DNA from: Phoronis australis
Taxonomy: Eukaryota > Animalia > Phoronida
DNA length: 64,000 nt
NCBI GenBank assembly: GCA_002633005.1
Contig: NMRA01000321.1
Span: 368,724-432,723 of the forward strand
Reading direction: 5' to 3'
Shown here: piece by piece, positions 24,613 through 36,834 of the stretch
Layout: the number at the start of each line of letters is the position of its first letter
Position numbering within the stretch: position 1 is the stretch's first letter
Translations under genes and position numbers: made by a program
Notes under the pieces: generated by a model
The model's input: only the letters and a program-made list of their open reading frames with translations
Told to the model about the DNA's origin: nothing
Database searches by the model: none

Positions 24613-25910
24613 TAGTTTTTTTGTAAAAGTTTACTTTTACCGCTGAGAGTGTCATTTTAGTGAACAAAAAGATTGTGGATACAAAAGTTTACCCATGAGG
24701 AGTATTGCCGATAAAGATAGGATGCTGTACATGCATCATACAACTGTTGAATGTATTCAGAGTGGAGACGTTTTTTTTATTTCGGCGTGGTTCATTGTGT
24801 GTGAGGCGTAAGGATACGAGTTTTATTGGATTTAGATTATTGAAATAGGTAGACACAAAAACGAGCACATAGAGATACTCTACTATTTCCTTTGCATTTA
24901 TTTTTTTAGAACACAGTTTACTGAGGTTTCGTCAGTTGTAAGACATCCCTCATATGTAAACGTTTTGTAACGTTCAGTACCGTTTGCAATTGCCTTGTTT
25001 TACAATGATTTTCATTTTTAAGTGGGCACGGATTCCGCGGAAACCTCGTTACATATGGTGGCAGGTGAGTGACTACCCAGCATGCACAAGTCTGGTGTCA
25101 CTCACTATGGCGGCCATTTTAGGTGGCGGTGTTCAACCAAAATAAACTTAAAACAAAAATTCATATTAATTAACTCCAGTTGAGTTTGAAAATATTTCGA
25201 GTTGTGTTGAATGAGCATTATTTAATCTCAAGTCCCTACTGAACCAACTTGCGTTAAATGTTGTTTTATGAAGTAATTCATATTGATAAAAAAGCGGAAA
25301 GGATATCGGTAAAATGTCAACAAAATCTTCTAAAAATTCGTTTATTTGCCTTCCAATTTCGTTTTACATATATATCATCTTTCTGCAAAGTTTTATCCCC
25401 ACGATTCAAATATTAATCAGTTTTTATTAGCTCGAAAAGAATGGGAACTTGGAATTTTATACAATCATGTGTGGGTTCGCTTTTGGATCATTATTCTTCA
25501 AGGATTGATATCGCTATTGGTGAATTATTTTATTGTGCGCTGACTAAAAAGAAAAAAAAATGGAAAGAAGTCGAATGTTTTTAATGAAGAGGTTAGAGCA
25601 ACTGTTGGATTTTTATCGGAGACAAAATTCATGTAGTTTTGTTCAATTTAAATTGCTCATAAAATTCATGCTTTAATGATGCCCTTTCACGTGAAAATTA
25701 CCGGAATAAATCTTTGATTTTTTCTGGCAAAAATTTTTAGGAACATTGTTGCAGTGGGGCACAAATTTACTTGGATTTTCAATGAATTCCACCAAATTTC
25801 GTAGAATAAATTCGTACACATTAATTCATGCGTTGACCTTTTGATTCAGTGGTTCTAAGGAAATCTGTTTTTACCGTATTTGCGTTTGGAAATGCTATCA
25901 ATTTTAATGA

Positions 25911-26076
25911 AAACTGTTATCCTAAACTAAACGGTTATCCTAAACTAAACGATTATCCTAAACTAAACTGTTATCCTGAACTAAACGGTTATCCTAAACT
26001 AAACTGTTATCCTAAACTAAACTGTTATCCTAAACTAAACTGTTATCCTAAACTAAACTGTTATCCTAAACTAAAC
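25911..26076. repeat. 18-bp minisatellite (AAACTGTTATCCTAAACT) x about 9
   Basis: Directly visible tandem units with few substitutions. Confidence 0.95.
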
Positions 26077-26947
26077 GCGCTTAATTAGCTACCACTGCCG
26101 CACCATTAACTTGAAGAAAAAAACGATTCCGCAACATTCGGATAATTTATTACCTGGGCTGTGTTCCGTAGATTCAAGAATCACGCTAAAAACGCCAGAT
26201 CACGTTTGACGTGAGCTACAGTGTGCAGTGTCCAATATCAAGGCATAGACCTTTCTTAATATTACCTCATGAATATTAAGAGGAAATCCAAAGCGAGGCT
26301 TATACTGATTAACTACTTCATGCAGCCCCCTGTGTTTGCTTAAAACATGCACCTGTCCGCAATTGATTTACTGAGCCAGTATTGTTCAAGGAAATTGAAG
26401 TGTATACACAAGTGATTAATTGTCCTTGATATGCCTAATGACTATCTTCATGTATTCTCAAACTGGCTATTTGTTACCTTTTCTTGTTTCCTTTGAAATG
26501 GAGTGATTTTCAGTTTTGAACCCTTATCACTGAGTATCTTATTAATTAAAAACATTTTATCAGCCATCGCACTGCCCCCTTGTTCTAGTAAGTCAGTTTA
26601 GAATAGCTACATCTGATATTCTGAGCCTGTCCACAGTGACGATCCAAATGTCACTGAGCCACGAGAAGCTATATCCAACTAGGGTTTTAAAGGCTGTGAA
26701 GAATATTTTGAGTCTGTCACCATTCTCCAGTGAGTTTGGCTGTAGATTTGCCCAGGACAATACTTTCCTACTTTCTGTTGCTACTGAGCAATTGAAACGT
26801 TCTGACAAATTTTACTCCAGTAATCCTAAAGCTACAGAAAAGCGAAAAAATCATCAAGGGTACTATAATTAATACACCCAGGTCTGCCAACTCTGCTAAT
26901 ATACCCCGGTATAACTTCCAATACAGCAAGTGGTTACATACTACTCA

Positions 26948-26972
26948 TATATATATACATATATATATATAT
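26948..26972. repeat. (AT)n microsatellite
   Basis: Visible AT run with one interruption. Confidence 0.85.
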
Positions 26973-28925
26973 ACAATCGTGTACTAAAAGAATATCTACG
27001 TGGTGCATGAAATTGAACTTTTCAGGTTCCAAACGGTTTGTAGTGTGTAAAAATTATGAAAGTCAGGGGTTACACCAGTATTTGCATCATTACATGACTG
27101 CTTGTTTTACTGTGAAATGATTCATTCATGAACTTGAGAGGGTATGTGTGTCACCTGCAGTTTTCTGTAATATATACAAATCTATATGACTGTCTTTAGT
27201 CCAGCCTGACAACTCAAGTAGTCTCTGTGAATTAAGTCTCGGTTTTTGAGACTGAGTTTGTAGAACATTCAAAGTTTGTCATTTTCTTTAAATTCCAGAA
27301 ATAATGTATTTAAAATAAAGTTTTACTTTGGAGAAGTTCAAAGTGCTACTAGGAAATGATGTGCTTGAAAGTTACTAGCCATTCAAGCATCACGGCTACT
27401 GGTGATACACTAATGAGTAAAGTCGACTAGAGAAGATATCAGATTGTGTCATAATTTACTTGCAAAGTTGGCCCATTGTATCTGCAAATCTTCACTAGCC
27501 ACTTTCTTATTAATTCTTAGTCAGTAAGATATTGATGAAATGACATTACTTTGTTTATTCTTTGGTTATTTGTGCAGCAAGAGACACAGCAGTGTACAAT
27601 TGTTTATGTAGAGATTCACTGTAAACAGACAGCTTCCTGTAGACTGGTCAGTACTAGCCTCCTTCTGGGATTGGAATGTGAGTCCTGCATAAACTTTGAG
27701 AAAGGCCTATTACTTGCACCTTCGCGGCTTGCACAGCTAACTCAGGCCACACCAAGGCAATGACATTTTCCGAAACTTGCGGCCTACTGATGGCACTCGA
27801 GGTGCACTCAGGAAGCCCTATTTGGTCTAGCCTAACGCGCGCAGACATAAAACAATCCTCACTTTCACGTAGGAATAAGCGATTGACTCAATATTTCCCG
27901 TGTCCAGCTCTGATGTCCGTATGCAGGTTTCATGGGTCGATTTCACAACATCAGCAGTAACAAGATGTGGGGCATCGAGGTGCTGGGCATAACCCGACAA
28001 AAATGCATATTTTTGAGATTAAAATTTCAAATACTCATCTTCCCTGTTATCCTGTTATGTAAATTTTAGACACGAGTGATTTTCTTTCTTCAACGCCGCA
28101 TATTTCGTGGTTTTGCCATTTTACTAGATACGGAAAATTATCTAGTCATTATAGTGATGGAGCTACTCGTTTAAGTCGTGCTGAAAATTTGCCAATCAAA
28201 AATGTTTCGGCGTTTTATCAAAAGGTTGGAAGTATTGATCAGTTTTGATAGTACATGCGGCGATATCTCAACTCAGTAAAACACCTTCATAGAAAAACAT
28301 TCAGTATGTTTGTTTGTAGTAACACAATAGTAAAAATGTTCATGAGTGGTGAGAGAAAATTACGTCTGTGGAAGTTGTGATCATTTACATGTAGGTAATG
28401 ATCAAGATTTTTTATTAAAGATAGGACTAGAGTTGATGCTCTCGTGCACGCAGTACGTCACAGTGTGCAATCACCAAGGATTTTATCAGTACGAGTCAAA
28501 TCAAGGAATGTGTCCCTTGGAAACGTACATGTAGGTACTACTAGTTATTTACTAAGCCAAGATGAGAAGCACGCAACCGTGCAATTAGTAGGGAGTGTCT
28601 TCGAATCATGACTAAGTTACTGTTGCTACAAAATGTATAGTCTCATCAGAAGATTCCTTCACGTTTCAAAATGAATTTTAAACCATACAGCTTCAACCAA
28701 AGGTTATTTACAAGCAGTGCTCTTTCAACACGACTCTAGTTTGTAATTAGCCTTGATAAAGGTGTCATAAACCGGTCTTTTAAACTTACACCACTCAGCG
28801 CTTTAAACTGACTGGATTCAGTAAGTTGTTTCAGTCTTTGTTCCTTTACACAGAAGAGCAGATTTCTAGGCTTGAGAAGCAACGACAGTTTGAGTTTGTT
28901 CCTTTATTGCTGAAAACTGCGTTCC

Positions 28926-29091
28926 CAGTGGCGAATTATATTTAGAGGGGGGGGGGGCAAGGGTGTCATGCCACTCCCAAATTTCTCCCAGATTTCATTC
29001 GGCAGTTTGAAGGTGGGAATGTCTGACGGGCAAAATCTCGGCTAGTACTCTGCCCTGGACCCTCCAACTCAAAATCATGGATCCGCCCCTG
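28926..29091. mobile_element. 5-bp-TSD MITE
   Basis: CAGTGGCGAAT...GATCCGCCCCTG with perfect TSD GTTCC. Confidence 0.8.
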
Positions 29092-29503
29092 GTTCCATAC
29101 GCTGCCTTCATATCACGGCGGGTCAGTTGAAGCTCCCAACCCGTTTTCAAATAAAAGAACTAACGAACTTCCAGATCAATTGATAACTGTAAAGACACGC
29201 AATCTCAAAACAGGATTGTAATTTATGATATCAAACGTCTAGACCTTTGGTTTAGTCAGGATATCTGCAAAAAATAAATGAAACTAATTTTCTGTTGTAA
29301 ACCATAGAGAACAAATATATAAGTAAAGGGTGGAGTGCCACAAAAACACACGTGCACTGGACATGTATTCGAATTACGCAAGTTTTCCCTTTGTTTTCAC
29401 GAATGCAGAATATCAAGGTTATGCAGGAACTTCGTGAATTCAGGGAAATATCACCGAAACGCATTACTAAACAAATATCAACTCATCACAGAAAAATCAA
29501 AAA

Positions 29504-29567
29504 CTCCAACTGGGAATCGAACCACAGGCTTCTAGATTGCCGGTCTAGCGCTCTAGACCGGCCATCG
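29504..29567 (-). mobile_element. tRNA-derived SINE head or tRNA pseudogene
   Basis: Minus strand reads AGAGCG-CTAGA-CCGGCAA-TCTAG...GGTTCGATTCCC, giving an anticodon-like stem-loop and perfect B box. The 5' acceptor stem and D arm are degraded. Confidence 0.6.
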
Positions 29568-32186
29568 TATTTTACTATTGGCCAACATCAGCATCTATGT
29601 ACTTATTAAAAAATACTTTCTGAAAGCAGAAATCCATTGACTTTATAAACTCTGCCATTAGTGACTATGAGTCACGTGATTAGGTATTTAAATTAAAATT
29701 GAACAACACGAAAGGCACATTTACGGCAATACATTCACTGCCATCGGATAACGAGGACACGTTTCGTTTGGAATAATACAGTAATGTGTTTAGGAGGGAC
29801 GTCTCTTCGTTAATGTCAACCTACATGTACGTAAATGACCCAGATTATATACTAAGTATGTAATTCTTAATAAACCACACAAAGTATTTCTCAAAACATT
29901 TCCACAAAAATGATCCCTCTCTCCAGCAGACTACTCTGAGCATGAGCCGAGCAAGATGCGACCCAAAATACCAAAGACTTTTTGCCGGTAGGTCGACAGA
30001 TCAAACAGTACGACTAATTCAATGCTACATGTATATTAATCGGCAGTGAGTATCCCTTCATTTCTATGGTAGAAGTAAATGGACTAATGATATCATGCCA
30101 AGGGACATGTTGACACCACTCGTCTTTGCTTGGCTCAAATAATCAGCTTATTTCAAAATTTGTCTATTGAAGCTCGTAATATTTAAATCAGGCGCGCGGA
30201 CTGTTCTGTAAACAAAGCAGCTTTTTCTGCCGGGTTCGACGCCGTTATCTTCTTTTAGCTTATTTTTTTCATTTCGGCGAGGGAAGTCCTCTCTGCATCA
30301 CAGAAATGAATGCTGACTCGCAAAAATTAAATACAATTTAATCTTCAAAAAGGTGCATAAAACCTGTATTGAGCTATTGGCAGAGATTTGCAGACTAAAG
30401 TTATAAATCCGTAAATTGACGCTGATAACTCTCTCTTATCGTCTAGAGACGTCGATAGGATCACTGAATAAACGTTTAAGATATCACGTTCAAACAATAC
30501 GTGATTGCGGAACATTATTTGAGAAGATATCAAAGGCGTTAACAAACGACATTTGGTTCATCATTGAGTGCACATCCTGACATGACGTGCTCGCCCATCC
30601 AAATATCACGGCATTCTTGGAGGGTATCACTCAGATAAGCGGTTGCGTACAGAATTCAAGTCGCCCCATTGTGTTGCTCAGGCAGACATTTAAGCAATTA
30701 AGGCTGGGAAATATAACCGAAGGTACAGCCGTTGTTGTGTGCGTTATTTCTCTCTTCTTCTACTATAGGTAACCAAATATTCCGCTCTACCAATAGATGT
30801 TCAATTTCCCATTACCGGCAGATTTAGAATTTATAGTTCGCAACCAGGAAAGGACGTTGCCGCGAACAGACAACGATCGTCACTGACACGCTTTGGTAAT
30901 AAAAGTCCAGGGTCTGTGATAATTAAGTTGCTATTGTAATCCCAAACGGTAAACTCAAGAAGCATGTACGATGCACATGTAATTGCCTGTTGGGAAATAC
31001 GTTGTAGCGCGTAGGCCTCAAGAAAAAAAATAATAAAAAGCGGGGCCTTTTCGCGAACGAAAGATGCACCGCAAGTGGTGACGTTTTCATAAGTTTTCAG
31101 CTGCAATTCCGCAATTCGCCCAGTTAAGTTGGCTAGAATCGAATTAGACGTTATACTCACAAATACATGTACCTGTCTCTAATCCTTACCCAGATAGAAG
31201 CATTGCTACGTCACCAACGATTGAAGATCATCAAAGTTATCACCGAATCAAGAAAACGTTTCAGGACTTATAATGACCAGTGAACTATAAGACGGAACAT
31301 TTGCAGATGACGTGTGGTTCTTCAAACACATTTATAGGATATAAATACTTGTTTCGTAAATTTAATCAACAAGAAACGTATCTTTGCATTAAAAACTAAA
31401 AATAATGAAAATAGAGACGGAAAAGGGGAAGTTGAAAACAAAATAAGAGGACATTGGAAACAACGAATTGGAAATCCTCTTAAAACAGAGGAAAATTATA
31501 AGCTCTGGTAAGTGGACAATTCTAAAATAGCGAGATCGAAAATGTCGCTTGACATGTATTCCATAGAACTCATGAGCAATTAAAAATCGGATGACTGTGG
31601 TTGTGTTAGCACCTACACGTAATCATATCGGTTAAGAATTCAATACTTACAGCTCTATACTATATGTACAGCGACAAAATGCCTCTTTAAGCTAAGAACA
31701 CCTCAATTGTTCTCAAACATTTTCCAGATGGTATTTCTGTCTACGTACATGTACATGTATTAAGGCAATACCAACGCGTCATTTCTAACTCATCGGATTT
31801 TCTTTAGATCTCATCCAAAAGCTCACGACTATTTTCATCGCCAAGACCACTACCAAACCTAATCGCGAAGAGAATTTCAGCTAAGAAATTGTAAAAAATA
31901 CTCGACACTTCACGATTATATAAACAGGGACTTAACCAGTGTAAGCACCTTATCAGTTTTGATTTCATGTTTGGTATTATCCAAGATCTTTACTGATAAT
32001 AAAAATTTAATGTCCAAACAACCCGAATGTCATAAAACAAGCCATCAATAAATACACGAGTCATATAAGGCCATTCACCAGAATAAAGTATTTAGTGAAA
32101 ACAAAGATTTAGTCTCGTTGTTAAAAGTAAATTCTTCACTTTACAACCCACCAACAAACAATGCACCTGACAAAGGATTAAATTTG

Positions 32187-32632
32187 TTGGAAAATAAACT
32201 ATGACACCATTCTTCTGAAACTGAAGGTCACGCACGAGCGTGAGTTACATTGCCGTTCATGAACACTACATAAATATGACACCATAAAACAACAATATTT
32301 GTACAACAGATAAGATGAAAGTCCATCATATGACCCAGCCCAATAACAATAACACCAGGAAGGCATCAACAATGCCTTCCTCATAACATGAACTGCAGGC
32401 ATGGTGGTTGAAAATAAACTATGACACCATTCTACTGGAACTGAAGGTCACGCACGAGCGTGAGTTACATTGCCGTTCATGAACAATACATAAATGTGAC
32501 ACCATAAAACAACGATATTTGCTCAACAGATAAGATGAAAGTCCATCATATGACCCAGCCCAATAACAATAACACCAGGAAGGCATCAACAACCTTCCTC
32601 ATAACACGAATTGCAGGCATAGTGGTTGAAAG
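32187..32632. repeat. About 220-bp tandem duplication (2 copies)
   Basis: GAAAATAAACTATGACACCATTCT begins at 32190 and 32410. The copies are highly similar and there is no N at the junction. Confidence 0.9.
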
Positions 32633-35201
32633 ATATGGCATCAAAAACACGTGTAACTCACTTTTCTATGAACAGACAGCTTTGTTTCCTACAAGTTAAT
32701 TTCATTTTTTCGCTGACACTAAAATGTTAGCGAAAACAATTGAATGATAGTGGTCTGTTCCAAGATACAGAGTCAATCTATAAATACCCTCAGGTGTTTG
32801 AGGCTACTTAGACCACACCCAGCTACCAAAGCGGTTGATGTTTCCTCATGCTGTATCACGGTTTTCAAATTGGTTCGTCACTGTGTCCAGTGAACGACCT
32901 ACATATTTTTGGTGTCCTTAAGCTTAATCAGTAACATGAGACAAGTCAAGGTCCCCAGCAGTAAAGGTTTGACTTCCCTCTGAAGAATGTCTTGGAAATT
33001 TTGAGGTTATGTCCTCTCCTCATTCCGTAACTAAACAACCACTCACGGGAGATTCTGCATGTTTCATCCACTCACTGGGGAATCTGGGATGTCGGGTGAA
33101 CTGGGCAGAACTACGCAAACTGTGTGAACTTAATGCTTTCCTAAGTCCGAAAAACATTGTCATCAGCATTTTTTTCTCGTTTGCGAAGGAAAGTTGGACC
33201 CCCTTATCAATCTATCATGACAGCTAATCAAAGGGCAATCCGGTTGTGCACTGCTCAAGACATGCGTAGGTATACTGTAGGAATATTTTGCTATGAAATG
33301 AAACTGATGATCATAACAGGTCATGGACAGCTCAAACCCCTATGTGGTCCACTAGCCATGCCAACCTGCTGCCAACACAAGTTTGGCACGTCCTGTGATG
33401 CGCATGTCAGAAGCAGCTGGACCACCAACAATTGCGTCATGAAGCAGTGCATGTTACACCACTTGTGACTACATCAAGTAATTATTCTATACCATAGAGT
33501 GCAAGACAAAAGACACACAGTTTCCCTGTCATGAGGGCTACATGTAATTCTGTTGATAGAAACACAAGCAGGCAGAGCGCTGATATGAGCCCACCCTGTG
33601 CATCGCATACTGTGCAGATACTATTTTAAACATTCTTGCAAAATGAAGCAATACTAGTAAACTGAAAATAGCCTCTACGGGTGCAGGGCAAGTGGGCAAT
33701 GCTCTCCCCTCAATAGCCTGAACATACCTGCCAACTCTGTAAAAAATAAAACTGGCACTGGAGGCACAGGCTGTGTTAGTCAGATACGGCCAAACATCGT
33801 ACTTTGTTGTGCAAATATCCGCAACAAGAATCAGCGCAGATGCGAAAAAAAAACAAGCTGCCACCAGCATAATACTTCAAATTGTTCAAAAATGGTCCAC
33901 CATGCTATTCCAAGTAGGAACAGATACACTCAAACACAACAAAACGGCCACTAGGAGGCGTACACTACATCAAATCTGTCTGAAAATGGAAAGGTGTCAT
34001 TGCCTCATTAACACAATAAATATGTGGCAAATTCCATAACAAGAGCAACGGGGAGCATTGAAATAGCACTGGAAACGGTGTGCTTCTAGGAGCGTTTTTA
34101 GTATCATGAAAATGGCCATTAGATGGCGCAGATCAAAGGCATCCAACCCATCACAATGGAAAGGCGGAGTTTCTGTAAAACGCAACTTTATGTAAATAAG
34201 CCAAGGAACTCCTAAGATATAGACAAATGTAAAAAACAGCCACAATCTGAATGGTCTGAAACTCATAATCATCTGTTGCAATCTCTATAAAAGCCCATCT
34301 GCCAAATTTCGAAAAGATCCTTCAAACAATTAAAGAGATACATCCCGAGATGCAAAAAAGCAAAATTGCCTTAAGGGACAACAGGACAGTGAAAAACATC
34401 CGAAAATCAACATCAACCAGGTCTTTGTCAGGAAATGGAAAGGCATAGTCATCTCCTTAATAGAGAGCTACTTCAACAAATTTATAAAGAAACATTCATG
34501 AACTCAGAAGGTCTACAGAGGTAAATGTAAAAAAATATTATGCTACTAGAGGGTAAAGTGGCATTTGGATTAGTTCTGTATGTTATCATTTGTCATCGGC
34601 TCCATAGGAATACATCTTTCAAATACCATAAAGCTCCTTCAAAGGATTAAGGAGATTTGGCCTGACGCAAAAAAAAACAATGTATCCACTAGGGGCCAGT
34701 AGGGGGTGACACAGTAATCGGACCCATCCGAAAGTCAACTTCAGTCATGGCGTTCTCATCAGAAACACATCTGCGTATTCTCATAATAATCCTTTAAAAG
34801 GCATGACAGGTATAGAAGTGGCCACAGAAAACAGCAAAAAATGGCCACCAGGTGGCACAGAAAGGATCACATCTGTCTGAAAATGAGAAAACTAGGGAAC
34901 TAGGGGGCACACCGGAACTCGGATCAATCCAAAAAATTCACTCATGCCATCTCATCAATGAAAAAACGTACCTGCAAAATTTCACGCACCTATATACATC
35001 CAGAGGTTTTGGAGATACAGCAGCGGACCGTGGACAGATGGTCATTACGGCATAATGCGCCAACTAAAAATAGCTGGTAATAACTGCTAGGATGGCAAAA
35101 TTCCCATTACAGAATGGTTAACTACCTTACTAACTTTCCTGCCCATTCCCCTTCACTCTCGTTCACGAGGGAAAAGTACTCTGAAGAAGAAGTTGTCCCC
35201 A

Positions 35202-36315
35202 CCCATACGAAAAAGAAAGTGAGAATCTCACTGGATTCCAGTTAGATTCTCACTAAATCACCAATTATAGTTAGAAATGCCAGTGAGAACCCAGTGGTAA
35301 TTGAACAACAGGGGCAGTCAGTGAGAATGAGTGAGAAAATGTTATGTAACAGTGAAAATCCAGTGAGAATTTTGGTCTTAGAAAAATTCTGAGTGAGAAT
35401 CAGTGAGAATTTCAGACTTAGGAAAAATCTGAGTGAGAATTGAGTGAGAATTTGGACTTGCCAAAATTGGAGTGAGAATTCAGTGAGAATCTAAGCTAAA
35501 CAAACACCCTGATTGGCTGTAACTGTAGAAATTTCAGTTGAACCAGATTTCTGAATTCAAACTAAAATGGCGTCAGGAATGAGCAGTTGGAGAAATAGCT
35601 TGAAGATTGTTGATGTTTTTCTCACAAATATTCTGAAATTACTGAACAGTTTGTCTGCAAGTCAACCACAGGTGATCCTGGACTGATTTTGCGTGTTAAT
35701 AAGCTTAAGGTTAGTACATTTCATACATGTAGTAGAGTGCATGAAGCACCAGTATTAGGCTGATGTCTTCATTCTGTGCATGTTGACAGCTGAGTTTTCA
35801 GTATTTTGCTGATTCACCAAAGGCATTATAGTTATTATTTTATGTCTGCTATATTTCACAATTAGCAATTATTAAATTGTATCCTTAGTCAAAGTTCAAG
35901 ATAAACTCACAAAAATAAGCAGTGTTTTGGTTACCAAAAAGGTTTGATCTCGATTCTATTCAGTCAGTGGCTGAAAAGGCACACACAAAATTTTCTAAGT
36001 TCAAAATTCTCACCCAGTGAGATTTTCAGTGAGAATTTCATTAACACAAATTCTCACTAATTTGCATAGCATTCCTATTGAGTGAGAATTTCAGTAAGAC
36101 AAATTCTCACTGAGTGGGAATGCTATGCAAATTAGTTAGATTCTCACTGAATTCTAACTGGAATATCACTGTATTCTCACTATGAGTGAGAATTTTTTTC
36201 TCACTAATTTAAATGGCACCTTAATTAGTTAGATTCTCACTGGAATCTAACTGGAATCCAGTGAGATTCTCACTGGCTTTCGGGATTAGAATTTCCTGAA
36301 GCTTTTTCATAAGGG
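35202..36315. mobile_element. CACTA/EnSpm-like non-autonomous element with GTGAGAAT subterminal repeats
   Basis: CCCATACGAAAAA / TTTTTCATAAGGG termini. Many GTGAGAAT and ATTCTCAC motifs on the arms. Superfamily is inferred from CCC..GGG ends, and the TSD is unclear. Confidence 0.6.
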
Positions 36316-36573
36316 ACTGTCATGGCAGGGAAATCTGGGTCATTTTGTCTGAATACTTTTGGCTTTTACAGTTAGTAGACAATGGTCATCTCTCTCACAC
36401 AAGCTAGCTTGTTTTCATGACAAAGCCCTGACATTTTGAACTATCATCGGGCAACCTCAAGAGACATCATGAGAAACTGAATTGGTCTGAGAAGTACAAT
36501 ATGTCATCAACAAATTGAACATAGTCAACAGGAAACAACAGGATAACTGGTCAACATCATCCCCCTAGTTCTG

Positions 36574-36834
36574 TTAATTGTCGACAGGTGGCAGTGGACA
36601 GACATCAAGAACACAGAATGTTGCTCGGCACATGGGGCATGGTGCACGTGAACCCATCCATGTCTCGGGTCGCTGCTGGTCCTGTCGACTGGCGAACCAT
36701 TTGCCCATACAGTCCAGACACCAGAGGGGGCGACAGAAGCATGGCATGCAGTCCCCCTCACTGGGGTCATCACACTGTTTATCCAGTTTAACATTGGCTG
36801 GCGAGGACATGCAGCCAATACATGACTCGATCTC
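36574..36834 (-). CDS. TMEM129: TMEM129 exon 4 (C4C4 RING-like domain)
   Basis: ctgttaCAG acceptor. Encodes EIESCIGCM...VKL...C...CFCRPLWCLDCMGKWFASRQDQQRPETWMGSRAPCPMCRATFCVLDVC, the TMEM129 signature. Confidence 0.95.
   Translation of the reverse strand, partial: EIESCIGCMSSPANVKLDKQCDDPSEGDCMPCFCRPLWCLDCMGKWFASRQDQQRPETWMGSRAPCPMCRATFCVLDVCPLPPVDN

Noticed and set aside
25849-26088. ORF with YPKLNC repeats, or a CRISPR-like array
   Set aside because: Translation of an 18-bp minisatellite. No spacers and no cas genes.
30587-30772. ORF ending near an AG|GTAACC donor
   Set aside because: No recognisable motif and no partner exon found.
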